This document shows positions 34,303 through 44,560 of a DNA stretch of 64,000 bases, in pieces. The position numbers were made by a program, and so were the translations under genes. The DNA comes from Alteromonas sp. GTDB taxonomy: Bacteria > Margulisbacteria > Marinamargulisbacteria > UBA6595. The number at the start of each line of letters is the position of its first letter. The stretch's first letter is position 1. Where the stretch lies: contig CAXPTH010000012.1 in the NCBI GenBank assembly GCA_964220215.1, positions 31,170 through 95,169 of the forward strand, written 5' to 3'. The notes below the pieces were generated by a model, which was given only the letters and a program-made list of their open reading frames with translations, was not told the origin of the DNA and did no database searches.

Positions 34303-35232
34303 CTATTGCAAGGAAACCATCATCAGCACAAACCCCTTCTGACCCCGTGGCAACGCAGTCATGGCTTTACCAATGATGCCACCACGCGTCACACTGGATG
34401 CCTTCATAGCATACCCGGGCGTATTGGATGATGCGAGCCAGTCACCCGGCTGAATCGCCTCATACGATGCATCGCTGTAAACCCAAACACGGCCCGCCAA
34501 TGCCACTGGATGATCCCCGTCCCCAATGATGGCACCAGGGGATAACCCATTGGCGCCACTCACCACGCCAATAACGCGGGAATCATACGCCATTGTTGAT
34601 TGTTTAAGAACACCGGGTTGTGCAGACACATCGATGGCAACAACCATGCCAGGAGTAATGTCAGACGCATCTGAAAAATAAAACTTTTCAGCAAGATCCG
34701 AACCATCCTTCAAAATACTAACCCCTCCAATATTAGCTGTTGCTGCCGTGATATTGATAATACCGTTTGGTGTTACTTCAATATCCAACAAAGAATCTGT
34801 ACCCTTAATTTTTGAAACTTTTATTTCTTTGGGAACGCTTTTTGTGTAAAGCGCATAAGGAACCGAATACAATGGAATAGTCTCAGTTTTAATTTGATTA
34901 CCACTATTATCTGTTAAAGTCACTTTTAATGTCGGCGGACCCAATAAACCCGAAAAATCAACACGATCAAAACCACCCACTTCTTGCGTCAAAAACCGCC
35001 CATTTAATGTTGCAGATTGTGGGAAATTGGTTAATGAACCTGTAGCTGTACCATTACTCTCCAACAATGCCACTACTACCCCAACACGAATGTTTTCAGT
35101 GACATCATCGAAGAAAAAATTGATGTTAACTGTAGGCGGAACATAACCAGTCGGAACAGAACTACCCGATACCGAAAATGAGAAAAAAGTTAACGAAAAC
35201 CCCAAAATCAAACATACGATTATTTTTTTCAT
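34303..35232 (-). CDS. exported protein with C-terminal DLAE-type (peptidase G2/intramolecular-chaperone-like) domain
   Basis: Signal peptide; SDLAEKF...PGMVV...VIGVVS...PVALAGRV.V...IQPGD.L.SS..PGYAM...IIGKAM. Confidence 0.6.
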   Translation of the reverse strand: MKKIIVCLILGFSLTFFSFSVSGSSVPTGYVPPTVNINFFFDDVTENIRVGVVVALLESNGTATGSLTNFPQSATLNGRFLTQEVGGFDRVDFSGLLGPPTLKVTLTDNSGNQIKTETIPLYSVPYALYTKSVPKEIKVSKIKGTDSLLDIEVTPNGIINITAATANIGGVSILKDGSDLAEKFYFSDASDITPGMVVAIDVSAQPGVLKQSTMAYDSRVIGVVSGANGLSPGAIIGDGDHPVALAGRVWVYSDASYEAIQPGDWLASSNTPGYAMKASSVTRGGIIGKAMTALPRGQKGFVLMMVSLQ

Positions 35233-35437
35233 ATTTTATTTTTTCCTAAAAATTCAAAATTTTAAGACATTAATTTATTAATGGAATACAAAATAAATGA
35301 TATCATATTTAATATCCATACCGCAACACACAAGTCTCAGAACCGCTTAACCTTAACTATTATACGCCAACTAGATCGTTAGCTATAGGCCAACACCCCA
35401 AGAATCTGGTACACTATCATTTGGTGATTTAACAAAT

Positions 35438-35516
35438 GGCGACGTAGCTCAGTTTTGGTTAGAGCACACGGTTCATACCCGTGGGGTCACTGGTTCAAGT
35501 CCAGTCGTCGCTACCA
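35438..35516 (+). tRNA. tRNA-Met (CAT), elongator type
   Basis: GGCGACG/CGTCGCT acceptor stem, CACGG-TTCATAC-CCGTG anticodon arm, TTCAAGT T-loop, encoded CCA; TGGTACACT extended -10 upstream. Confidence 0.95.
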
Positions 35517-35595
35517 AGTTGCACACCGCTCTGATTTTGTTTTTAGGTTTTGAATACAGCTTACTAACCCCATAAACAATACCAAGGAGTCCTTT

Positions 35596-37368
35596 ATTTC
35601 TCGCAAACTTCCTGATTTTATTCAAACATTACCCGATTTGCTCTTGCATAACGTACTGGCAAATCCAAATAAGCCTTTATTTTTCACCCCCGACGATACC
35701 GGAAACTATGTTGGCAACTGCGCCATGGATATTCAGCGGCATGTGATGCAGCTGGGGCATGCCTTACGCACCATGGGCATTGCAGCGGGGAATCGGGTTG
35801 GTATTTTTGCTCGAAACCAAACCCGATGGGTCATTGCCGATTTGGCCATCATGAGCATTGGCGCGATTAGTGTCCCCATTTACCCCACCTCAAACCCAGA
35901 AGACATCGTCCATATTACTCAAGATGCCGATATATCAGTAATGTTTGTTGACGATGCTTCGCTACGCGATCGCATCCCCGATCACATAACACAACTATTT
36001 TTAAACAATAATCACCCCTATCCTAAAACGGACCGCTATCTATCTTGGAATCAAGTACTCGAAAATGGAAAAACAGCCGACACCAACAGTGGCGCTTTCG
36101 CTAAACAACTGGGGGCACTATCCCCCGATCAAACCGCAACCATTGTGTATACATCGGGCACGACCGGACAATCTAAGGGTGTTGTCTTGACCCATGCCAA
36201 TATTTTGAGTAATGTTCGCGATGTTTTGAGCATTATCCCACTAAACGAAAATGAAATTGCCCTGAGCTTTCTACCTTTATCTCATATTTTTGAACGGACT
36301 GTCGGGTACTACACGCTGCTGGCGGTTAGCGGTCGTACTTACTATATCCATGATATTGAAAGGCTCGCTGAATCCATCCTTGAAATTAACCCAACGATTA
36401 TGCTGAGCGTCCCTCGATTGTATGAAAAAATACACCAGCGCATTCATGCGTCTGCATCTCGAATCCAGCGAATCTTGCTGAAAAGCGCACTGAGAATTAG
36501 CCAACGCTATCACACCAAAAAATCAAACCCCGACTACCTGTTACAACTGGCCTTTTCAGTCGCAGATACCCTGGTTCTTAAAAAAATACGCCAGCGATTT
36601 GGCAAACGGATTCGATTTTTTGTATCTGGTGGTGCCGGATTAAACCCAAAAATTGCTCAGTTTTTTCATAACTGTGGCTTGCTGATTATTGAAGGCTATG
36701 GACTAACCGAGGCGAGCCCAATTATCGCGTGCAATCGACTGGATGCCTTTAAATTTGGAACCGTTGGGCAAAGCCTGCCGAGTGTTACCGTGACGGTTCA
36801 AGACGGCGAATTATTAGCCAAAGGCCCGAATATTATGGTTGGGTATCACAACAATCCCACGGAAACCGACCGAATGTTGTCCCCAGAGGGCTGGCTCTCT
36901 ACCGGTGATCTGGTGTCTGTGGATACCGATGGATTTATCTCGATTATTGATCGAAAAAAAGACCTAATTATTCTATCGACTGGAAAAAATGTCCCGCCAA
37001 TTCCCATTGAATCCAAATTAAAAGAAAGTCGATGGATTCAAGAAGCCGTGCTAATTGGGGATAACCGAAACTACATTGCAGCCGTGATATTTCCAGATCA
37101 GGCGCAATTATCTCAGCATCCGACCCTTGGCAACCGCGTCAATACGCCCGACTGGAACACGCATCCTGAGCTGCTTCAGTTTTACCAAAAAGTTATTCGC
37201 AAACAATGCCGATCGTTTACCCCATTTAAACAACCCAAACAATTTGTTTTAGTGACTGAATCCGTTGAACAATTTAGTACCCCCACATTAAAAATCAAAC
37301 GCCGTATGATCCAAGATTTTTATTGTCATCAATTGGATGAATTGTACAAAACGGCTGTTGAATCTTAA
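35596..37368 (+). CDS. fadD: long-chain fatty acid-CoA ligase
   Basis: YTSGTTG.SKG, SFLPLSHIFER, EGYGLTE, TGDL, DRKKD. Start placed at ATT 35596 behind AAGGAG; TTG 35638 is the alternative. Confidence 0.9.
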   Translation: MSRKLPDFIQTLPDLLLHNVLANPNKPLFFTPDDTGNYVGNCAMDIQRHVMQLGHALRTMGIAAGNRVGIFARNQTRWVIADLAIMSIGAISVPIYPTSNPEDIVHITQDADISVMFVDDASLRDRIPDHITQLFLNNNHPYPKTDRYLSWNQVLENGKTADTNSGAFAKQLGALSPDQTATIVYTSGTTGQSKGVVLTHANILSNVRDVLSIIPLNENEIALSFLPLSHIFERTVGYYTLLAVSGRTYYIHDIERLAESILEINPTIMLSVPRLYEKIHQRIHASASRIQRILLKSALRISQRYHTKKSNPDYLLQLAFSVADTLVLKKIRQRFGKRIRFFVSGGAGLNPKIAQFFHNCGLLIIEGYGLTEASPIIACNRLDAFKFGTVGQSLPSVTVTVQDGELLAKGPNIMVGYHNNPTETDRMLSPEGWLSTGDLVSVDTDGFISIIDRKKDLIILSTGKNVPPIPIESKLKESRWIQEAVLIGDNRNYIAAVIFPDQAQLSQHPTLGNRVNTPDWNTHPELLQFYQKVIRKQCRSFTPFKQPKQFVLVTESVEQFSTPTLKIKRRMIQDFYCHQLDELYKTAVES

Positions 37369-37414
37369 ATGAAACCCTGTATAATAATGCTAATCCCTAT
37401 GAGTATGAAGCGCA

Positions 37415-38677
37415 ATGTCTAAAAAAGATAGACTCGCCATAATTAACGGTTTGCGAACTGGGTTCGGAAAAGCCGGTGGCCAATTTAAATCCATGCAAGC
37501 GGACGATTTGGGGGCTGTGCTATTGCGAGAAGTATTGGCACAAAGTCCTGTGGATGCAACTCAAATTACCGACGTGTTTTTGGGCAATGTTGCCCAACCC
37601 GGTCACGCCGCCAACATCGCCCGCGTGATTGCCTTAAAAGCCGGCCTCGATCAAGGCATTCCCGCAGCAACTGTACACCGCAATTGCGCATCGGGCATGG
37701 AATCCATTAGCACAGCCTATCAGGCTATTGCATCGAAACAATCCGACATTTGTGTCGTGGGCGGTGTTGAATCCATGTCCAACATCCCCCTACTGTTTAA
37801 CGCCTCCATGACCCAATTTTTTGAAACGTTGTCTCGACTCAAATCCACCAAAGACAAACTGCAGCATTGCTTGTCTTTTCGCCCCCGGTTTATGACACCG
37901 ATTATTGGTGTTGTCCAGGGCCTTACCGATCCAGTATCCAATTTGATTATGGGTTTAACAGCCGAAAATTTAGCGCAAGAATTTTGCATCACCCGTGCCG
38001 AACAAGATGCCTATGCTGTATTGAGCCACCAAAAAGCCGCTGCTGCTGAATCCAAGCATCGGTTTGATTGTGAACGCCATGCGATTCCCAATCCAGGCTA
38101 CACCCATATGATTCACAGTGATGAGTGCGTTCGCAACGATCAATCGCTGGACGCTCTAGGCAAATTGCGCCCGTACTTTGACCGAAAGCTCGGAACCGTA
38201 ACCGTGGGCAATGCCTGTCCCATTAACGATGGAGCTGTTGCAATGATCGTCATGGCCGAATCCAAAGCGGCCGAGATGGGGCTATCCCCCATGGGCTATA
38301 TTCATGATTATGCGTACGCTGGGTTAGAACCCGAACGCATGGGCTTAGGGCCAGTTTATGCAACCCAGGCACTGCTTAAAAAAACAGGGTTTACACTCAA
38401 GGATTTTGACATTATTGAAATCAACGAAGCGTTTGCCGCTCAGGTCATTGCGTGCGAACGAGCGTTTGAGCAGTACGGCATTGGTAAAATTGATCCTAAA
38501 AAGCTAAACGTGAATGGTGGCGCCATTGCATTGGGTCACCCGGTTGGCGCCACGGGTGCGCGACTCATCTTAACCGCTTTGCATGAACTTCGAATCCAAC
38601 AAAAAGAACGAGCGCTCGCAACATTGTGTATTGGGGGTGGCCAGGGTGGCGCCTTCATTGTGGAGGCTGCTGCATGA
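37415..38677 (+). CDS. 3-ketoacyl-CoA thiolase (FadI/FadA-like)
   Basis: NCASG, INEAFA, NGGAIALGHPVGATG, LCIGGGQG. Confidence 0.95.
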   Translation: MSKKDRLAIINGLRTGFGKAGGQFKSMQADDLGAVLLREVLAQSPVDATQITDVFLGNVAQPGHAANIARVIALKAGLDQGIPAATVHRNCASGMESISTAYQAIASKQSDICVVGGVESMSNIPLLFNASMTQFFETLSRLKSTKDKLQHCLSFRPRFMTPIIGVVQGLTDPVSNLIMGLTAENLAQEFCITRAEQDAYAVLSHQKAAAAESKHRFDCERHAIPNPGYTHMIHSDECVRNDQSLDALGKLRPYFDRKLGTVTVGNACPINDGAVAMIVMAESKAAEMGLSPMGYIHDYAYAGLEPERMGLGPVYATQALLKKTGFTLKDFDIIEINEAFAAQVIACERAFEQYGIGKIDPKKLNVNGGAIALGHPVGATGARLILTALHELRIQQKERALATLCIGGGQGGAFIVEAAA

Positions 38678-40767
38678 TTTGGACCCTTGAATCCACCGAC
38701 GGACACTACTGCCTCACCTATGACTGCGAGGCCAACACTATGCCCATTTTAACAACGGCCGCTTTGCATGAACTGGATCATCATCTCACTCAGCTTGCAA
38801 CCGATTCCAAATGCTTAAGCTTGCAAATTCGAAGCAATAAACCCCATGTATTTATTGCTGGCGCTGATATCCAAGAAATTGCCGCTATTCACGACGCCCA
38901 CGATGGCAAAGAAAAAGCCACTATGGGCCAAAACATATTGAATCGCTTGGAAGACCTTCCATTTCCAACCCTGGCCGTGATTGATGGGGCCTGTTTAGGC
39001 GGGGGCTTAGAATTGGCCCTGGCCTGTACCTATCGCATTGCATCGGATCATGGCAAAACACAGCTGGGGTTACCCGAAACAACCCTGGGCATTATTCCGG
39101 GATTTGGGGGCACCTATCGATTACCCAAAACCATTGGGTTACCTGCCAGTTTGGATATGATTTTAGGGGGGCGATCGGTATCCGCCACCAAAGCGTTAAA
39201 ACTTGGCCTAGTGGATCGACTCGAAAAGGGTGCCTTTTTATCCGATACCAGCAACCAATGGGTTCGAACGCTCAAGCCCACACGATCACACAAACACGGG
39301 GCTGGGTTTCCCGGCAAATCAAACCTAATTACCCACATGGCCAAAAAAGCCGTAATGAAAAAAACGAACGGCCATTACCCCGCTCCGCTTGCCGCCCTAA
39401 AAACCATACAAAAAACAGCGTTTAAATCTCGAGACTACGCCCTTAAACAAGAAGCCACCGCCTTTGGGGAGTTGGTGCATACCGATACCTGCAAAACCTT
39501 CGTTGGCCTCTATTTCGCCAACGAAGACCTTAAACGCTGTGGCGGTGACATGCGTCTCACCCAGTCCAGTTCCACACGGCAAACCTCAGTGGGCGTTTTA
39601 GGCGCTGGATTTATGGGCGGTGGTATTGCCTTTGCATGCGCCAATGCAGGCTTTCAAACACGACTTCAAGATTTAAACTGGGAAGCCATTTTAAGTGGCT
39701 ATAAAACCGTGCATACATACTGCCAACAAGCCACACAACGCAAAAAAATGACGACGCATGATAGCGCCACTATTTTGCATCGATTATCTGGAAATATAGC
39801 CCCCACTAGCCTAGCCAAACAACCGTTTATTATTGAGGCTATTGTGGAAGACTTGGCCATTAAAAAAACCGTCTTTCAATCACTTGAACCCCACATTGCC
39901 CCCACGGCTATTCTGGCCAGCAACACGTCGGGGTTGTCGATTGATCAAATGGCTGACGGACTTCAGCATCCTGAACGCTTGATTGGATTGCATTTTTTTA
40001 GTCCGGTCAATCGCATGCCCTTGGTTGAAATTATACCCGGTCAACACACCAGCTTGGATACGATTCATGCCACATTTGCTTTTGCCAAGCACATCAAAAA
40101 AACACCCATTGTTGTTAAAAACAGCCCCGGATTTTTAATTAATCGTGTGTTAATCCCCTATGTGAATGAAGCCGTCCATATGGTATGCGAAGGCTATGCC
40201 ATTCCGGCCATTGACCGGATTGCCACGCAATTTGGCATGCCGGTAGGCCCATTAACGTTGGTCGACGAAGTGGGGATTGATATTGGCATGAAAGTTGCCA
40301 AACAATTGGGGGATCATTTCGGTGATCGACTCCGGGTAGCCAGTTTGTTTCAAGTGTTTGAACAAAACCCCGGTTGGCTCGGCAAAAAAACAAAACTTGG
40401 TTTTTACGATTACACCAGCAAAAAAACAGTAAACAAAAAGCTGTTGAGCTCCGTCACACCCAAAGCCTATTCGACCGATATCATTGAAGATCGTCTGATG
40501 CTAACACTGTTAAACGAAGCGTCTCGGTGTATAGAAGAATCGGTTGTCTCAGACCCCAAGTTACTAGACATGGGGCTCATTATGGGTATGGGATTCCCCC
40601 CATTTCGGGGTGGAATTTTGCGATATGCCGATGCATTGGGCATCCCCGCTGTTGTTGACAAGCTAAACCGGCTAGCGGATACCGTCCATGATCGTTTCGC
40701 ACCGAGTGAGCTATTGGTCACAATGGCAAAAAAGAATCAGCAATTTTATTCAGGAGGTAACACATGA
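38674..40767 (+). CDS. multifunctional fatty acid oxidation complex alpha subunit (FadJ/FadB-like)
   Basis: FIAGADI, CLGGGLELAL, GLPE..LG crotonase; GAGFMGGG, IEAIVE, LHFFSP dehydrogenase. Start ATG 38674 overlaps the thiolase stop (ATGA). Confidence 0.93.
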   Translation: MIWTLESTDGHYCLTYDCEANTMPILTTAALHELDHHLTQLATDSKCLSLQIRSNKPHVFIAGADIQEIAAIHDAHDGKEKATMGQNILNRLEDLPFPTLAVIDGACLGGGLELALACTYRIASDHGKTQLGLPETTLGIIPGFGGTYRLPKTIGLPASLDMILGGRSVSATKALKLGLVDRLEKGAFLSDTSNQWVRTLKPTRSHKHGAGFPGKSNLITHMAKKAVMKKTNGHYPAPLAALKTIQKTAFKSRDYALKQEATAFGELVHTDTCKTFVGLYFANEDLKRCGGDMRLTQSSSTRQTSVGVLGAGFMGGGIAFACANAGFQTRLQDLNWEAILSGYKTVHTYCQQATQRKKMTTHDSATILHRLSGNIAPTSLAKQPFIIEAIVEDLAIKKTVFQSLEPHIAPTAILASNTSGLSIDQMADGLQHPERLIGLHFFSPVNRMPLVEIIPGQHTSLDTIHATFAFAKHIKKTPIVVKNSPGFLINRVLIPYVNEAVHMVCEGYAIPAIDRIATQFGMPVGPLTLVDEVGIDIGMKVAKQLGDHFGDRLRVASLFQVFEQNPGWLGKKTKLGFYDYTSKKTVNKKLLSSVTPKAYSTDIIEDRLMLTLLNEASRCIEESVVSDPKLLDMGLIMGMGFPPFRGGILRYADALGIPAVVDKLNRLADTVHDRFAPSELLVTMAKKNQQFYSGGNT

Positions 40768-42632
40768 GTAAACACGATAAACAAGCATCTATGGATTTAG
40801 CCGAATCGGCCAGACAAACCAAATGGCAACACCCCAGTTTTACAGCTGAGCTTTTTAAAGGCTCGTTTCGCTGGGATTTGATTCATCCGTATCCAGCGCA
40901 GTCTGAGGCGGACAAAACCATTGGCGATGCGGTGCTTGTCGAATTAGAAAAATGCTTAAAAACGCATATTAATCCGGATGAAGTGGACAAAACCGGTGTC
41001 TTACCCGAATCAGCCCTCAATGCATTAAAAGCGGGCGGGTATTTTGGCATGAAAATTCCAAAAGAGTATGGCGGCATGGGCTTATCCGTTACCAACTATG
41101 TGCGTGCCATGGAACTGGTTGCCAGTTGGTGTGGCTCAACAGCCGTATGGCTATCGGCGCATCAAAGCATTGGGGTCCCTCAACCACTTAAAGAATTTGG
41201 TACTGAAGAACAAAAACAAAAATACCTGCCGCGTCTGGCTGCTGGTGCGGTGTCCGCATTTTCACTCACTGAGCCGAATGTTGGGTCCGATCCGGCACGG
41301 ATGAGCACCACAGCCACGCCGATTGACGATGGCAACTATTACATCATCAACGGTCAAAAACTATGGACCACCAACGGCCCTGCAGCTGAACTCTTGGTTG
41401 TTATGGCTGAAACCCCACCCAAACTGGTTCATGGAAAAGAAAAGAAACAAATTACGGCTTTTATTGTTGAGGCACCCACCCCAGGCTTGTCGGTCTTGCA
41501 TGAATGTGAATTCATGGGCATTCGGGCGATTCGAAACGGGTGGATGGAATTTAAAGACGTTAAAGTCCCCAAAGAAAATATTATTGGAAACTTAGGTGAT
41601 GGGCTTAAAATTGCCTTAGCGACACTGAATGTTGGTCGACTCACCATTCCGGTTATTTCAGCGGGTACGGGTAAAGTGTGTTTGTCTTACTGCCAAGAGT
41701 GGATTAAACAACGTGTTCAATGGGGCCAAGCCATTGGCAAGCACCAAGCTGTTGCCAACTTGATTAATGATATTGCGACCCAGACATTTGCCATTGATGC
41801 TATGAGCTTTTTAACCTGTTCCTTGATTGAAACAAACAGCGCAGACGTACGCCTGGAAGCAGCCATTGCCAAATATTTTGGATCCGAACGGGCGTGGGAT
41901 ATGGCGGACAAAACCGTACAAATCCGTGGTGGACGGGGCTTTGAAACGGCGGATTCATTGCGCAAACGCAATGAACCTGGCATCCCAATTGAACGGGTGT
42001 TGCGCGACACACGAATTAACCGAATTATTGAAGGAACCAGCGAAATTATGCACTTGTTTATCGCCCGAGAAGCCATGGATTTGCATATTAAAACCGTCTT
42101 TGCTCTAAGCAACCCGTCAATCAGTATCGGAAAGAAAATCGGTATTGTGTTGAAAGCCGGTTTGTTTTACTTGCTATGGTACCCGAAGCTATGGCTGCCA
42201 TCGTGGTCGATGTTTTCAATCAAGCATTTAAACCAGCGCAATTTATCCCAATTGCATTATATCTCACGCACATCGAAACGCCTGGCCAGAAGTTTGTTTC
42301 ATACCATGATGCGCTTTGGCCCCAAACTCGAATATCAGCAGGCGATTCTTGCGCATTATGTAGATATTGGAACGCTATTGTTCGCCATGGCGGCAACGCT
42401 GTCCAAAGCGGAGTCGATTTTACATAATCATCAAAACCCCAAAACCATTCAGGCTTTAACAACGGCTTTTTGTCATCAATCTCGCAAAGAAATTGAGCAG
42501 CACTTTAGAGCGGTTCGATCGTCTGAACCCAAAGAAAAGCAAGTCGCCAGCACCGCCTTGATGAGTACCGATCTGGATTGGCTCATGAATGATGTCATTC
42601 GATTTAGCAGCAATGGAACTGGCGCCAATTGA
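40764..42632 (+). CDS. acyl-CoA dehydrogenase
   Basis: FSLTEPNVGSD, NGQKLWTTNG, QIRGGRGF, RINRIIEGTSEI; GGAGG SD. Confidence 0.95.
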   Translation: MSKHDKQASMDLAESARQTKWQHPSFTAELFKGSFRWDLIHPYPAQSEADKTIGDAVLVELEKCLKTHINPDEVDKTGVLPESALNALKAGGYFGMKIPKEYGGMGLSVTNYVRAMELVASWCGSTAVWLSAHQSIGVPQPLKEFGTEEQKQKYLPRLAAGAVSAFSLTEPNVGSDPARMSTTATPIDDGNYYIINGQKLWTTNGPAAELLVVMAETPPKLVHGKEKKQITAFIVEAPTPGLSVLHECEFMGIRAIRNGWMEFKDVKVPKENIIGNLGDGLKIALATLNVGRLTIPVISAGTGKVCLSYCQEWIKQRVQWGQAIGKHQAVANLINDIATQTFAIDAMSFLTCSLIETNSADVRLEAAIAKYFGSERAWDMADKTVQIRGGRGFETADSLRKRNEPGIPIERVLRDTRINRIIEGTSEIMHLFIAREAMDLHIKTVFALSNPSISIGKKIGIVLKAGLFYLLWYPKLWLPSWSMFSIKHLNQRNLSQLHYISRTSKRLARSLFHTMMRFGPKLEYQQAILAHYVDIGTLLFAMAATLSKAESILHNHQNPKTIQALTTAFCHQSRKEIEQHFRAVRSSEPKEKQVASTALMSTDLDWLMNDVIRFSSNGTGAN

Positions 42633-42664
42633 CGCATACCCCCGATTTCTTGTAGACTGCTACC

Positions 42665-42904
42665 ATGGCTGAGCGTGAATTAGAATTGTTTTACTTTGAT
42701 CAGTGTCCGTACTGTCAAATTGTCTTGAATCACATTCAAACCCATGAATTCCCCGTAACGCTACGCAATACTCAAACCGATCCAAATAACCACGTACGGC
42801 TAAAAGCCGTTGGGGGTAAAACCCAAGTCCCCTGCCTCTTTATTGATGGCCAACCGTTATACGAATCCCAAGATATTATAAACTGGCTGACCCAGCATGC
42901 TTGA
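42665..42904 (+). CDS. dithiol glutaredoxin
   Basis: CPYC, TQVPCLFIDG; promoter TTGACG-18-TAGACT ends 6 nt before the ATG. Confidence 0.9.
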   Translation: MAERELELFYFDQCPYCQIVLNHIQTHEFPVTLRNTQTDPNNHVRLKAVGGKTQVPCLFIDGQPLYESQDIINWLTQHA

Positions 42905-43223
42905 TCAGATCCAACTCATTATTGAATCGGCCTTGCCTGAGTCAACCGCCTACATCATCAATCCCGAGCAAGACGGCAAACATTTTCAGGCCATTGTCAT
43001 TTGCCCATCGTTTGAAGGCATGCCCCTAGTTAAACAGCACCAAGTCGTTATGAATGCTTTGAAAGCACAGCTTGAAACCACCGTTCATGCCCTGGCTTTG
43101 AAAACATTCACGCCCGCTACTTGGGCTGAAAAAAAACAGCTATATCCCTACATTGAATCTGAGGAGGTTCCCCATGAGCAATCCCGTCGCGCTTGCAAAA
43201 GACCAAATAAAAACCGACATTAA
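42897..43223 (+). CDS. BolA/IbaG family protein
   Basis: DGKHFQAIVICPSFEG..LVKQHQ.V, VHALALKT.TP. Confidence 0.9.
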   Translation: MLDQIQLIIESALPESTAYIINPEQDGKHFQAIVICPSFEGMPLVKQHQVVMNALKAQLETTVHALALKTFTPATWAEKKQLYPYIESEEVPHEQSRRACKRPNKNRH

Positions 43224-43491
43224 TCAGCACGCTGTTGTGCTGTATATGAAAGGCACCAAGTTTGCCCCCCAATGCGGTTTCTCTGCCCAAGTGGTCCAGA
43301 TTTTAAATGACCTTGGAATCAGCTACGAAACCCGGGATGTGTTGCAAGACGATGCCTTGCGCCAAGGCATTAAAGAATTTACCGATTGGCCAACAGTCCC
43401 TCAGCTATACGTTAACGCAACCTTCATTGGGGGCTGTGACATTGTCATGGAACTCTATGAAACAGGCGAACTCGCTCAGCTGTTTGCATAA
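43174..43491 (+). CDS. grxD: monothiol glutaredoxin Grx4
   Basis: YMKGT..PQCGFS, WPTVPQLY, GGCD; ATG 43174 behind GAGGAGG SD. Confidence 0.94.
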   Translation: MSNPVALAKDQIKTDINQHAVVLYMKGTKFAPQCGFSAQVVQILNDLGISYETRDVLQDDALRQGIKEFTDWPTVPQLYVNATFIGGCDIVMELYETGELAQLFA

Positions 43492-43495
43492 CTCA

Positions 43496-44560
43496 ATGGC
43501 TGCGCCGGCTGACTGGCCCGATGCGCTCACTCAATGGTATCACCAACGCCAACGGACACTGCCCTGGCGCAATCAATCCCCCACAGATCCGTATCCTATT
43601 TGGGTCAGTGAAATCATGCTTCAACAAACCCAAGTGGATACCGTTATTCCGTATTTTAATCGCTTCATGGCTGCCTTTCCGACCGTGGCTGAATTGGCCA
43701 AGGCCGATGAAGACACCGTCCTAAAACTGTGGGCCGGATTGGGGTATTATTCCAGAGCCCGAAATTTGCACGCCGCAGCCAAACAAATTGCTCAAACCGG
43801 CTGGCCAACGCAATACACCCAACTCAAACAGTTGCCCGGCCTGGGGTTTTATACCGCCGCAGCGGTTGCCAGCCTGGCCTTTGGCGAGCCGGTTCCTGTC
43901 GTGGATGGCAATGTCATTCGGGTGTTTACCCGATTCTTTGGACTACCCGAAGACAGCACTACCCAGCGCATGAAAACCGACCTGTTTGACCGACTATTGC
44001 CCGCTATTCAAAATCAAAAACCCGCTGATTTTAATCAAGCCATGATGGAGTTGGGTGCCCTAGTATGCAAACCGAAAAATCCAAACTGTCCCGACTGCCC
44101 GCTACAGTCTGGATGCTTTGCTACGATTAACAACCAAATTGAGCACCTGCCCAATCGACCAGCCCGAAAAAAAGTGCCCCATTATCATGTGGGTATTGGC
44201 GTGATTCAACACAACAATCGGGTATTAATTGGAAAGCGAAAAAAAGAACAAATGCTGGGCGGACTCTGGGAGTTCCCCGGTGGCAAACAACTCCCCAACG
44301 AGTCACTGACTGAAACGGTTGTACGGGAAGTCTATGAAGAAACGGGCTTAACCGTGAAATGCACCACCGCCATTGCCAGCATTAACCATGCCTACAGCCA
44401 TTTCAAAATCACCGTTCATGCTTACTGGTGTACGTTGGTGTCTGGCACGGCAACCCCCATTACAACCGATGCCCTGCGCTGGGTATCCCTCAGCGAGTTG
44501 CATCAGTATCCATTTCCAACCGCCAGCGTTAAAATTATCCACCATTTACACCCAACATGA
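43496..44560 (+). CDS. mutY: A/G-specific adenine glycosylase with C-terminal NUDIX domain
   Basis: WVSEIMLQQTQV, GLGYYSRARNL, VDGNV, 4Fe-4S C-X6-C-X2-C-X5-C; start ATG 43496. Confidence 0.95.
   Translation: MAAPADWPDALTQWYHQRQRTLPWRNQSPTDPYPIWVSEIMLQQTQVDTVIPYFNRFMAAFPTVAELAKADEDTVLKLWAGLGYYSRARNLHAAAKQIAQTGWPTQYTQLKQLPGLGFYTAAAVASLAFGEPVPVVDGNVIRVFTRFFGLPEDSTTQRMKTDLFDRLLPAIQNQKPADFNQAMMELGALVCKPKNPNCPDCPLQSGCFATINNQIEHLPNRPARKKVPHYHVGIGVIQHNNRVLIGKRKKEQMLGGLWEFPGGKQLPNESLTETVVREVYEETGLTVKCTTAIASINHAYSHFKITVHAYWCTLVSGTATPITTDALRWVSLSELHQYPFPTASVKIIHHLHPT

Noticed and set aside
35233..35600. tRNA-Met as integration site of an island or prophage
   Set aside because: No integrase and no duplicated tRNA 3' end noticed in the window; flanks are not phage-like apart from one domain.
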